Source of the DNA: Octopus bimaculoides
Taxonomy: Eukaryota
Assembly: GCF_001194135.2 (NCBI RefSeq)
Contig: NC_068989.1
Coordinates: forward strand, 2,714,244 to 2,778,243
Direction: 5' to 3'
DNA: 64,000 nt
Positions 1 to 61,294 of the stretch are shown in pieces. Below the pieces are notes generated by a model that did no database searches, was not told the origin of the DNA, and saw only the letters and a list, made by a program, of their open reading frames with translations. How positions within the stretch are numbered: the stretch's first letter is position 1; each line of letters starts with the position of its first letter. Position numbers and translations under genes: made by a program.

Positions 1-414
1 ACATTGCTGTCTGTTACTGTCGGTATTTGAGGTTCATTTTCCACAAAGAATAAATAATTAGCGATAATTGTCAGAAAGGAGACTTTGGCAAATGATAGCA
101 TTTTCTTTGGGCTTCTTTTGGGGAGATAAATACGCTCAGGGAGCTCTTTTGAATCTCGAAAATCAAGCTACGAAGCCTTATCCTGATGGAGAAGCTTTGC
201 TAAGAGATATTTCACACAATGAAAACCAATTAGTAGCTAAATGAAATCTTACATTTAATGAAGCTGTTAGCCTTACCACTAATATTGCCCAATGACTAAC
301 GTGAACTGACCAAACATATTGACCAATCATTTCTTATATTCTGAACACCCCTTTAATAGAAGAGAAAGAGAATGTGTATCTACGCAAGCACACACGCAAA
401 CACAGAGGTACGTT

Positions 415-481
415 TATGTGTGTGTGTGTGTGTAGTAGTAGTAGTAGTAGTAGTAGTAGTATTTTGTTGTTGTTGTTGTTA
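415..481. repeat. Compound microsatellite (TG)n(TAG)n(TTG)n
   Basis: Direct reading. Confidence 0.95.
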
Positions 482-740
482 ACCCATGGTCTCTCCTGAT
501 GGTAACCGCAATCCTCTGCCGGTTGTTTTCTTCCCTCTTTTCATATTAAGTACTGAGCATTTGGTAATCCCAAATTCCATAGCGATGTCCCTACCACACT
601 TCTGGACTGTTTTGGTTAAGAAATCCTTTTTCCAGATTTCCCAAACAATTTCAGGTCATCCATAAACAGAAGATGGTTCAATGATGGGCCTTTCTCTCCC
701 ACATCGATAACTCACCTTAACTTTCCTGAGTGTCATTGTT

Positions 741-2395
741 ATGGGTATTAGTGAAATTACAAATAGTAACGGAGAAAACGAGTTACCAAAGCGAAACCTG
801 TTAATCTATGGTTGTTGGAATGTAAGAACTTTACAAGACAGCAAAGACAGCTTAGAACAAAAAACCGCGTTAATTGCAAAGATAGTCGACTCGTATAATA
901 TTGGTATTTGGGAGTGGAATGCCAGCAGATGAGCCAAGAATTGATGATGCTGGATTAACCATTAAATGACTCTACTTCGTAAGTTGCCATCCATCCCACA
1001 AGCTGTTGATGTGCGTCTCATGACCTTTCGTATGTAGGCAATTTCTCATTTATGCACATTATCCGTGCTTATGCACCTACTTTGTCAGCATCTGAACAAG
1101 AACTTGACATTTTCTACGCTAAATTACAAACAGTTATCAATAAAATTGCGTTCCATGACAAAGTCATATTAATGGGCGGTTTTAATGCCAGAGTAAACAA
1201 ATACGCAGTGTAGTGAAAAGTAATCGGAAAACAAGGAATAGAAAAGATGTATGCAAGTAATTTACGACTGCTGTTGACAGTTTGGTTTAACAATTATAAA
1301 GACAGAGTTTCATCAGACAGATGAATATAAAGACATGGAAACATCCCCGATTTGGTAACTGGTAGATGCTTGGCTATGTCATGACTAAGAGAAAAGATTG
1401 CATTGGTGTAAGATTAACCAGAGCTCACAAAACTACCGAGTGTTACTCGGATAACAGAATGGTTCTCAGTAAGGTTTTTGTTAAACAAGGTACAAAGAAG
1501 ACATTGATATCCAATATTCCTCATGGAATAAATATCTTCGTTAAAAAATCCTGAAATGATAAAAAATTTTGAAACACATCTAAATTCAAAACCTGAGAAT
1601 ATAAATCATCTGTTGAAGTTCTAGGATTCGTCAAATGCAAGCATCAAGATTGGTTCGAAGAGAATGATTCTCAGATCAAATCTCTCCTGCAAACCATGCA
1701 GGAAAAGCGCAAGGCATGTATCTCAAACAAAAACTCGCGATCACTCAGATCTCTTCGAAGAAAACTGCTCAGAAAAAAATTCGTGAGATGAAAAATTGTT
1801 GGTGGACAAAATAAAAAAGAAAAACAAGAATTGGAACTGGTTGCGAACTCCCACAACTTCAGAGCATTGTATGGCAATTTCAAAGGCGTATTTGGTTCAA
1901 AAAAGGGAAATGTGGAGCTTATCCTTTTTAATGATGGGTCAAAACATTTAAGTGGCAAAGATCAAATTCTGAAAAGATGCGCTGAGCATTTTAAATCCGT
2001 ATTCAATCAAGAATCCACTAACGATCCTGAGGTAATCAATGAGATCCTTCAGAGGCCTATAATTGAGGAACTTGCAGAAGATTCTTCCTTGGAAGAGAAT
2101 AAGCATTGCTATTAAAAACTTTCCAACTGTAAAGCTCTTAAACAAGACGGTATTCCCATAGAAATGTACAAGCACAGTGGTAAACAGCATGTAAGAAATC
2201 TGCGCAAATTATTGTTTGCTTTGGGAAATTGGATCTGCTACCAACAGTCCAAAGATACAAAGGGAAAGAAGAGCGAATGTGATAATCACAGGGGAATAAG
2301 TTTGTTGTGCATTCCTGCGAGGGTGATCTTTCACTGCATCATATTAGTAGTAAGCAACGTATATCCTGAATCACAATGTGGATTTTGGATTGGAA
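741..2395 (+). mobile_element. Degenerate RTE-clade LINE (AP endonuclease region to start of RT), pseudogenized
   Basis: Broken frames read GCWNVRTL, AYAPTL, ILMGGFNARV, TWKHPR, HQDWFEEND, QILKRCAEHF, QDGIPIEMYK, NHRGISLL, PESQCGF. These are hallmark RTE/BovB-type ORF motifs, with many stops and frameshifts. Confidence 0.85.
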
Positions 2396-4084
2396 CAGAC
2401 ATTTGTATACATGTGAGTGTGTGCATGTAATTGTGTCTATATTTATATAGGAAGAGAGAGGGGTAAGGGGTAAAAACACTTTTATAGATGCACAAAGTTT
2501 AATCGCTGTAAAGACATTACACAGAAGTGTTCTTACGTTCTGTGTGTGTAATATATATTCGGTCAATGTCCTTAGCATCACAAGATAATGACTGAGCTCA
2601 AGTCTTGTGGTTTTCCCTCTCACTATCTTAAATTAATTGATTGTCTGTCAAAGCTTGTGGTCTTTTAAACAATTACATCTCTCCTACGCAGCGAGTAACT
2701 GTAAATTAGCTTTGTTATATAGTAAGTACAAGATGCAGAGCTTTAAAATTGAACCAAAATTCCCGTTACTAGTACAACGCTTGGAACAACAAGACGAGGC
2801 AACGGGGAAAATTCATGCCTAGGAACCATGGCAACTGTTGTTGTTGTTGTTGAACACCGATTTAGCACCAACTGAGCATACCTGTTGTCAGATGTGTCCA
2901 AAACGTGATCGCAGGCGTAAGTGTGACTGTGTGGTAAGAAGCTTGCTTCCCAACCATATGCTTCCGGGTTCAGTCCCACTGCATCACGCCTTTTCCCTCT
3001 GATTTCAATATTTACCTGTGATTATTTGCCTCTGATCCCAATGTTACCGGTATTTAGCCAGTGTTTTTACCCAAGAAAATATCTCACCGCTCACTCCACA
3101 TCATGAAGATGGAACTACATACTCGCTTTCAAAAAATCCCAAAATAATATCCGAAGAGATCAAAGGAAAACGGAGGTCCTCGAAAGGATTAGCTTGAGTA
3201 ATCAAATTGACATTCAGAATCCTAAAATCACAAAAACAGAACCTGCTTCCAAAAAAAAACCCCGAGCGATGTCCTAGAATATCAAACGACTACAGAGATC
3301 CATGAAAGGATTAACTTAAATAATCAAGAAGAATTAATATTCAAAATTCTAAAGCTTTCACTGGATTCTTTTCTGCTTTTCGTTGTTGAATTTCTATGAA
3401 TCCCAAAATTTATTCTAGAATGGAGAGACACCAAATATCTATAGAATCCCTCGAACGTAAGAAACTGACATTTTAATAATGACTTTTGTGAATTGTTTGT
3501 TTCTCTCGTTTCAAGAAATTATTGAATTTTGCTGTAGCAAGATTTGAGGTGGTAAATCATCTTTTATTCGTGCTTTCTTTGTTTTCTATCATTTTCAGTC
3601 AATTAATTCAAACGGTTCGTAGGATGCACACATAATTCAATGGAGATAAGAAAATAATATCAATAAAAATTTTCAGTAGTTTTTGTTTTGTTTTCATAGA
3701 TTGAAACCACTTCAATTTATCAAAGTTCAGCTTAATATTGCTTTCTTGAAATGGCAGAATCCCATCTCGTTCGCAATAAAAATTACAATAGTTATTAGAT
3801 TTGCACATAAAATATGGAACGCTCTGTATTCGTTCGGCAAAAATTGTTTTTCAACGGCAAATACGAAACCTTAAATTTGGATCCAGAACGGATTGTTTCG
3901 GATTTCAAATTTGAACAATTTAACAATAAAATATAGTTTGAGAAAATTATAGTATCTGGTGCCATGTAACATTAAGGAACAACGTTTCGATTCTTGGATT
4001 TTCTCTACTGAAAAAAAACATTCATACACACACGCACTCCATTTGGCGCTAACAACTTCGATAAACATATACTCGAATGCAGAC

Positions 4085-4760
4085 GGTAAAGGGTGACTTC
4101 AAGTTATGTGCTGATGATGATGAAGAATTAGAAACGTTGCAGCAGACATTAAACGGGTTTATCAAAGGAATTGATATGAAATTGGGATTAACAAAGTGCA
4201 CTAAGGAAACCTTCAAGAGAGAGAAGATTAATTAAGAACTCAAATATCTTTTGATAAATAGAGAAAGAGAAACAGGAGAATTATACTAGAGACATACTTA
4301 AAAATACTTAGGATCCAATAAACTAGACAAAGTAGAACAGTCAGAAGAAAATAAATCTTAAGAAGAAATATAATATTATAAACGCATTAGTTTAATACCT
4401 AAAACAGCTAAATGCAAAAAGAGAAAAAAAGAAATAGATCTCAATAGTCTAGTCGTCTTAGTAATAAGTGTTAGCTATCTTAGTTTTAAATGGACGCTGT
4501 ATGAATTGGCAACGCTAGACAGAAAAGAGAAACAATCGCAATGGCTACATTTATGACGAATATAGGGACATGTGAGTGTTTTGTAACTTGAAAAGTATTC
4601 GTAAATAACCACATGGAAAGCTAAAACAAAAATAGCTGCAAAATATAAAACGTGAGGTTTTTTAAGGACAAACAGAATGAAGGTACTGCAAACTGAAGCA
4701 ATCCTTAAACTATAATAATAGGAGCCTTCGGAATAGTTATAGGGCATACAGATAAATATG
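4085..4760 (+). mobile_element. Degenerate non-LTR RT fragment, R4/Dong-like
   Basis: Reads DFKLCADDDEELETLQQTLNGFIKGIDMKLGLTKC, then KYLG, then WTLYELATLDRK. This resembles RT domains 5-7 and the thumb of R4/Dong-type elements (recall). Confidence 0.6.
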
Positions 4761-4832
4761 TTACCCAGACCTCACGACTTGTGAATATGAATAACATACG
4801 GAAAAAAATAATACTGTAAGACACTACACACA

Positions 4833-5326
4833 TATGTGGTCTGATCAATAAGTGTACGGAATGTTGCCATAGTAACGAAGCTAAAGCACAGAGAGTAAAG
4901 CCGCTAGGCACAGATTAACCTTCATGTTATGTATGTGCACTAAGTTTTAACGTTCTAGCTTACTTCAGCTGTTTGCAGAAGTGCTTGGAAGGAAGGTGTG
5001 TAGCGTGTGATCGTTGCATTGACCATGAAAGAGAAAGTTGAGCAGAGAATCTACATCAAATTTTGCCAAAAGCTTGGTGATGCCTGCTCAGAAGCCTACG
5101 CAAAATTTTCAAAAGGCTTTCATCCTTCTCGACGCAATCAATGAGATCTTGTTCAACAGAAACCCGAGCGTCTCCTTGGTCAGCTGAAAGCAGATTTGGC
5201 ACAAACTTGGCAGACACACGTCTCATACCCAAATCTTCAGAGATAATGGACTGAACTGAACCGTAACTAATCTGCTCATCCTCTGATAAACCACGGATGG
5301 TGATTCGACAATTTTCCCTCTAGAGA
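4833..5326. mobile_element. Mariner (Tc1/mariner) relic: left end plus transposase N-terminus on +, following transposase segment on -
   Basis: + strand ATG 5025: MKEKVEQRIYIKFCQKLG. - strand about 5319-5101: RENCRITIRGLSEDEQISYGSVQSIISEDLGMRRVSAKFVPNLLSADQ. The KFVP motif corresponds to mariner WVP. Confidence 0.8.
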
Positions 5327-5639
5327 CGGTGTAAACGGAAAGTTGGGCAGTGAAAACAAGAATCAGTACATCGAATCGGATCATAAACCGATATCTAGTC
5401 TCTCATACATGGTGGCTACCGTTGGAATCACAACTGGAGATAATCTACAAGTCAGAAGTTTGTAATCGCCGAGAATGTTTTTTTTTTTCTGTTTTTTCTT
5501 TTTTGTTATTGCTTTTTTTTCAAGATATGGATTCAATGGGTGGGAGTGGTAAAATGATGAACGGTAAAATATTTATTAATGACTTCCAGTCAATAATCTT
5601 GGGTAGCTTCCATCTTTCAATGTGCAGCAACAAACTTGC

Positions 5640-6660
5640 TTAAAAATTTCATCATTCAAAAGAAATCGCTGAGAGTGCAACGGAAACAACCTTCTCCACG
5701 CTGCCATCAAAGTGCTTTGCTTTCAATAGCTGTCTCTGAATAATAATGAAATAAACATTTAAAATATTTCCGGGGCCGTAGTTGCCTTGTATGTGATTTG
5801 ACCAGAGACAAAGTGATGAAACTGGAACAATTTCAGCATAAAAGACACATATTAGCCATTCAAACAAAGGCTATTAACTTCACCTTAGCATTTATTATTT
5901 GGTGTCAAAATGTTCGTCGCATCGACTGCAACCAGTTCACTTACACGGTTCCACGACATACGTTGTAGACTTTCTTCCATTCTCGTTATAAATCCTTTTT
6001 CTTTAGCAACCATTGCACCAGTGCTGTCGGAAGAGATTTCAATCAAATTTCATGGTGGGAAGTTTTTATTGTCCACTTCTCATTTTTCGTGATGATCAGT
6101 CTGGTAATGCAAACTTTACAGGATTAACATTTCTTGAAGATTGCTCGTGTATACAAATCAAATGTTCTCGTTAACAAAAGTGCCTGGATATAAATTGTAG
6201 TTCAATAAATTTACAACGAAAAGTTCTTTATAAAACCTCAATTGGTTGCTCAAATAAGTATTCAGATATTTCGTTTTGTCCTCGTTTAATAGCTTCTTTT
6301 CCTGCAGTTTTGCGTAGACAACTAGGCAGTCTTTATGAGGTTTTTGCCAATCTGTTAAACAATAAGTTCGGAAACCATTTAAAAAGACTTTAGTGTTTTA
6401 ATCTGTGTGGCATTAACGATCATAAAGAAATCAAGTAATCTTATAATCTTTGGATTTGCCAACGTAAGCAGGTTATATAAAATGTGTCAGACTTCATCGA
6501 ATCGTTTAACTAATCTCGTCCTACATTCAATAAAAACGGTTTCTCCTTCATAGACATGTTCGAAGCCAAGTCTTATCACCGATTTTGATATATCACCACC
6601 ATTAATTCCTTCTTTCAATATACTCACCATCTTTGCAGAACAGATGTATCAAATAACCAG
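5640..6660 (-). mobile_element. Highly decayed hAT (Charlie/SPIN/GTF2IRD2-like) transposase relic
   Basis: Broken frames give KDGEYI, FDEV and ISSDSTGAMVAKEKGFITRM, resembling KPFxDGExIKE, LDEST and TDGAPAMVG..G of hAT transposases, in the expected order. Confidence 0.5.
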
Positions 6661-6699
6661 CGACAGAGTAAAATAGATCGTAATCGATATTTTTTATCT

Positions 6700-6923
6700 T
6701 ATTTCTTTATTGCCTACAGGGGGATAAACATAGAGGTGACAAACAAGGGGATTAAGTCGATTACAGCGACCCCAGTGCGTAACTGATACTTAATATATCG
6801 ACCCCGAAAGGATGAAAAGCAAAGTCGACCTCGGCGGAATTTGAACTCAGAACGTAACGGCAGACGAAATACCGGTAAGCATTTCTTCCGACGTGCTAAC
6901 GTTTCTGCCAGCTCACCGCCGCC
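6700..6923 (-). mobile_element. tRNA-derived SINE family A copy
   Basis: Head GGCGG(C/T)GAGCTGGCAGAAACGTTAGCAC, B-box GAGTTCAAATTCC, body GAGGTCGACTTTGC...CATCCTTTCGGGGTCGA. Recurs more than 15 times in the window. Confidence 0.85.
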
Positions 6924-7279
6924 TTATCTTTTACCTTCTATTTGTTTGTCTATCGACCGCAGACCCAGGATTTATTGTATCTGTTGCTTTTGCTGAACTA
7001 CAAAGTTACGGGGGCGTAAGAAAAAAACAACACCAGTGGTCAAGCGGCGGACTAAGACACACACACACATACATTCGGATGTTGCATATTATCAATGACT
7101 TTTCAGTTTACAGAGTCATCGATATCTTGACTACTACAAAATCTTTGTTAGAATCAACAATTGAAGAATTAACAATTGGAGAATTCACGTTTAAATTCAA
7201 TACCAGGAGTATTGCGATGTTCCAGCATATCCTCTTCTCTATTGACAATCAATACATGCCTGTTGGCGCATTACTCTTA

Positions 7280-7505
7280 CATTATTCTTATTCTAGAAAG
7301 TTTTTCGGTTCATTGTGGTGAATAGCTCCAATGTTATCAACCAAGTTCGGTGTGATTGAATACAAAAGTTTAATGGTGTGTTTATTTGAAATCTTGTATT
7401 TGCAACAGGGACAGAAATTATTTTCGAAAGCTTTCAAAATTTTTTTTACAATTTGTGTTATCAAATTTATTGTATAAGGAGGATTATACCACAAGATCTC
7501 TTCCT
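7280..7505 (-). mobile_element. Penelope-like element (PLE) ORF relic, region between RT and GIY-YIG
   Basis: ORF 7288..7494 reads WYNPPYTINLITQIVKKILKAFENNF...ISNKHTIKLLYSITPNL..I..HHN, matching the PLE pattern WFNPPxS.N..TNIGK.FL....HF...IFN.NTIK.SYSC..N...II..HN (recall). Confidence 0.6.
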
Positions 7506-7588
7506 TTTACGCTGCCAACCGTTACCATTCCATATGTACAAGCGCGCGCGTGTGGGAGCTCATCTATAAAATTGAAGTAAAGATTGTT

Positions 7589-7865
7589 TGCCAACATAAC
7601 ATGGCGATCCTTTTTTTAGGACGAATGTTGCTGTAATTTAGCCCCAGCAGACATCGTCTTCAGTTGGCTATACACGATCTGTATCCTTATATTTTTGAAC
7701 AAGGGAATCTAGCATCCCACTCAGCTCAAAACAATATCTGTGTATCGCGATTTCCGGGTTATTAAGGACACAGATCGTGTCGTATAGACAGATGGAGACG
7801 ATGTCTCCTGGGGTTAAATTACAGCAACATTCGTCCTAAACCACGACTGCCATGTTATGTTGGCA
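7589..7865. mobile_element. Foldback MITE with ~100-bp terminal inverted repeats
   Basis: 7589-7689 is the near reverse complement of 7763-7865 (TTAGGACGAATGTTGCTGTAATTTA... in both arms), with a 73-nt spacer. Confidence 0.8.
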
Positions 7866-8033
7866 GTCTTTACTCCATAGCACTTACTGAATATCTCTCA
7901 TTGTGAGATTTAAAAAAAAAATAGTAATTATAAAACTGAGGTCATTGTAGTCGACTGAATCCCCTCCCCAAAACTTCAAACCTTGTGTCTTTAGTAGAAA
8001 GGATTATTGATCATTACTATTATTATTATTTAA

Positions 8034-8205
8034 GGCGGAGAGCTGGTAGAATCGTTAGTGCGCTGGGCAAGATGTTTAGCGGTATTTCGTTCTGAGTTCA
8101 AATTCTGCCGAGGTCGACTTTGCCTTTCAACCTTTCAGAGTCGATGCACTTGACTTACCACCACCCCTGAAACTGCTGGCCCTGTGTCAAAATTTGAAAT
8201 CATTA
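8034..8205 (+). mobile_element. SINE family A copy
   Basis: Same head, B-box and body as 6700-6923, with an internal deletion. Confidence 0.8.
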
Positions 8206-8750
8206 TTATTCCTTTTATCATTTTCTGTATTCGATTATCGTCACTATTTCTGCTATTTTTACTTTCCTTCAAAATAATCTTTATTATCCTTATCTTTTTC
8301 TTGCTTTCATTCTATTCTTATCCACAAATCTAATCTTCGTCATCATCATTCTCATCTTCATTCATTCTCTTCTCACCATTTACATTTATTCATCCATGTC
8401 AGTGTTATTTTTAGTAGGGGGGGGGGGNNNNNNNNNNNNNNNNNNNNNNNNNNNNTTTTTTTTTTTTTTTGTGCTTTACTTTCACATTTCTTATAATTTT
8501 TATCAATATTTCTTCAATATTAAATATTCTCACCAACATTCCCAAGAGTATTCTATCTTCTAATTTCATCAATGCTGCCATCATTATCTTCACCATTACC
8601 ATCAGCACCAACCAATCTTAGCTTTAACCTTTCACTTACTGACCATCACCCCCAAATAACCCACCCACCTTTATTCTACTTATCCGCCCTAATCTCTCAA
8701 ATCGTCATTTTCCTTGTTCCTTCTATTCATTTTCAGTTGTCATTTATTAC

Positions 8751-9085
8751 AGGCGTGGCTGTGTGGTAAGAAGCTGACTTCCAAAACACATGGTTCCAGG
8801 TTCAACCCCACTGCATGGCACCTTGGGTAAGTATCTTTTACTGTAGCCTTAGGCCAACCAAAGCTTGGTGAACGGATTTGGTAGAAGGAAAATGAAAGAA
8901 GCTTGTTACATCTGTGTGTGTTTGTCTGTCAACTGGTGTTGGTGTCTTTACCCCCCCCCCAGTAACTTAGCAGTTTGACAAAAGAGACTGACAGAATAAG
9001 TACCAGGTTTTAAAATAAGTATACTCTAGTCGATTCATTGTTGTTCAAAGCAGTGCTCCAGCATGACTGTAGTCTGATGACTGCA
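8751..9085 (+). mobile_element. SINE family B copy with extended 3' body
   Basis: Family B head followed by CCCCCAGTAACTTAGCAGTTTG.CAAAAGAGACTGA.AGAATAAGTACCAGG. The reverse form is seen at 58171-58487. Confidence 0.75.
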
Positions 9086-9461
9086 ACATTTATTTCCCCC
9101 TCCCCACTGCCACCAACTTTTTTCTTTTATCCGTATCTCACCCTGCCACCATCAAACCATACAATAGGGACCATGTGTGTATGTATGTGCATGCAGATCA
9201 TTTAACGTCATCACTCAAGTAGATGATTGTCATCCAAACTGATGACAATATTCTATTACTTGTAATGTAATGTTGTAAACATTTTGTGTCTTTGGTAATG
9301 GCGATCACACTCGACCGACCGTGACACAGACATCACTGATTAAGCGAATTAATGAGCAAATAATTAAGTGAACAATCAGGGAGTGGAATTCATAGACAGC
9401 CAGACAAATAAAAACAAGAAACCATCAAGACTCCATTGAAAATGTGATATAATAATGACAG

Positions 9462-9467
9462 TTTATT
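9462..9467 (-). promoter_or_regulatory. Candidate polyadenylation signal AATAAA of SMARCD
   Basis: First AATAAA after the stop, about 135 nt downstream, followed by a GT/T-rich stretch (gtcttgatggtttcttgttttt). A further AATAAA lies at 9089-9094. Confidence 0.45.
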
Positions 9468-9602
9468 CTCTGAAAAATGTGGAATGATTTTCTACAGTAT
9501 AAAAATGGTCATGTGATCAACTGCATTGGTCTGGACATCAGTTGAAGAGGAGAGCTGCCAATGGTGACAGGCTCAATACAGTTGCTATGGAGATGACATT
9601 TG

Positions 9603-59352
<49,750 letters not shown>

Positions 59353-59521
59353 TGAGTTCTTGTGGAAATTGGGCTGGCGGAACCGCTCCTGCTGAGCCGT
59401 ACAAGAACAGTTACACCATGTATGTGTCTGCTGACAAATTCATGCCATCTTCACTCCCTCATTCACTTACACACACACACACACACAATTATATGTTTGT
59501 GTATGTAATACATACATTATT

Positions 59522-59926
59522 TACATTTGACGGATATTTGTCCTCATCTTGTTTGTTGTTAACACAACGTTTTGGTTGATATACCCTCCAGCCTTCATCA
59601 AGTGTCTTGGNNNNNNNNNNACACAACGTTTTGGTTGATATACCCTCCAGCCTTCATCAAGTGTCTTGGGGAAATTTCGAACCTGGGTTCTCATTCCTAA
59701 GGTATTTTTTGATGTCATTATTATCATTAATATTATTATTCAGGTCACTGCCTGGAATCAATCTCAGAATCTTGGGGTTAGTAGCCTGCGCTCTTAACCA
59801 CTACACCATATGCCCGCGGGTATATCAACTGAAACATTGTGTTAACGACAAGATGAGGACAAATATCCATCAAATGTAAAATAATGACATAATTCCTCAT
59901 CCCTTAAATATAGAACTATGCAATAC
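59522..59926 (-). mobile_element. Composite repeat: inverted arms, tRNA-like head and degenerate PLE-type hammerhead motif
   Basis: Arms at 59522-59585 and 59819-59878 are reverse complements. A tRNA-like 73-mer lies at 59815-59743 and a hammerhead-like motif at 59606-59561. Confidence 0.7.
59561..59606 (-). ncRNA. Degenerate minimal type I hammerhead ribozyme (likely inactive)
   Basis: Minus strand GACAC TTGATGA A GGCTG GAGGGTATAT CAACC AAAA CG TT GTGTT. This parses as stem I GACAC/GUGUU, core (C>U)UGAUGA, stem II, (G>A)AAA and a palindromic ACGU stem III. Confidence 0.55.
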
Positions 59927-60842
59927 ATGTTTGTATATTTACATAAATATTATAAAAGAACCAAAAACTAACATCGAAAAAAAAAAAAAAACTAGAGAAA
60001 AGATTTAACAAAAAAATAAGCCATGCCATTAATTTTGTAGTTTGTTTGTTTGTTTACACCAGTGTTTCTCAACCCTTTTTTGCCTGTAGACCCCTTCCAT
60101 TCCTACTTTATTCCATTGGACCCTTATAGCCATTCAGTGTTTAAAAATCCTATTCTGTTTTTATAATTAAATATTATTAGGAAATACATAAAAAAGATTG
60201 TTACTATATTTGGTGTATTGAAGATGTCTAAACAATTTATTGCAGATTAGCTTTAACCAAAATCTTCTATGGAACCCCAAAGCCCGTATGGACACCAGAT
60301 GAAAACTACTGCTTTTACCATTTTTATATTTATTTTGAGATGCTCTGTGTTTGTTTCAATTAATTTTGAATATAATAAAGAATTTAGTAAAACAACTTAG
60401 GGCTGTGTTCTTGACATTTCGGTCCATTCTGCAGGCAAAATTGAATAATCCTGCAACAGACTAGTGTCCCATCCAGGGGCAAATATATATATATATGCCA
60501 CGGAAACCAGCCCTTGGAGTTTACAGGGCTCAGAAAGGATTTTTATTCTTTGCCAAACCACTAAGTTACAGGGATTTAAACACACTAACACACACATATA
60601 TATATACATCTTCGGTTGGCCTAAGGCTATAGTAGAAGACACTTACCCAAGGTGCCATACAGTGGGACTGAACCCAGAACCATGTGGTTTGGAAGCAAGC
60701 TTCTTAAGAGACAACCACACCTGCACCTATACATATATGCAGGTCAAATAGCTCCTAATTCAAATATGCATATACACACTTACATTCCGGGTAGATACTC
60801 AGTCTAGATTCATTCTTTGATATAAATCCATTTCTTTCAGAG

Positions 60843-60882
<40 letters not shown>

Positions 60883-61184
60883 CATAAATACACACACACA
60901 TATCTTGGGCTTCCATAGAGTTTCTGTCAACCAAATTCACTCACAAGTATTAAGTTATATACTAAGAAGATACTTGCCCATGGTGCTATATATATGGGGA
61001 CTGAACTCAAAACCAGGTGGTCGCAAAGCAAACCTTTTAACCACATGGCCACGCCTGCACCTATATTTAATTTCCTAAATCTTCTGACAGGGCAGAGTGA
61101 CCTGGTGATAAAGATATGATAATGATCAGGGCTAGATTCCAGATGATACAATAAACTTCAAACCGACAAACTGGGATTTTCGTC

Positions 61185-61294
61185 CTTTTATAACTGCGTA
61201 TCCAGAGAGATGGACTGAGTGAGTATTTAAGCAGCGACCGAAGTGACACAAATATGACCAATCAGAACTGACGAGAGACGTAACAAATGATTGG
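61185..61294 (-). promoter_or_regulatory. Candidate Pol II core promoter (two CCAAT boxes plus TATAAAAG)
   Basis: CCAAT motifs at 61258-61262 and 61290-61294 (opposite orientations, 32 nt apart), TGACG between them, and minus-strand TATAAAAG at 61192-61185 pointing towards the SMARCD exons. Confidence 0.35.

Noticed and set aside
3150-3480. Degenerate ~120-bp direct repeats (GAAAGGATTA.CTT.A.TAATCAA)
   Set aside because: Only two or three decayed units with no constant repeat and unique spacer pattern. Not CRISPR-like, probably old satellite or TE debris.
6893-7321. 142-aa ORF on the plus strand
   Set aside because: It runs through a SINE end and a CA repeat, next to the antisense strand of the PLE relic. 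No recognizable protein.
59562-59669. Apparent tandem pair of hammerhead motifs, which would fit a dimeric PLE ribozyme
   Set aside because: The two 49-bp copies are identical, including the inactivating changes, and flank a 10-N gap. This is most likely an unmerged contig overlap. Raw long reads would settle it.
59743-59815. tRNA-like 73-mer with A- and B-box-like motifs
   Set aside because: The acceptor stem does not pair and the T-arm is degenerate. It is a repeat head, not a tRNA gene. The same applies to the SINE A and B heads.
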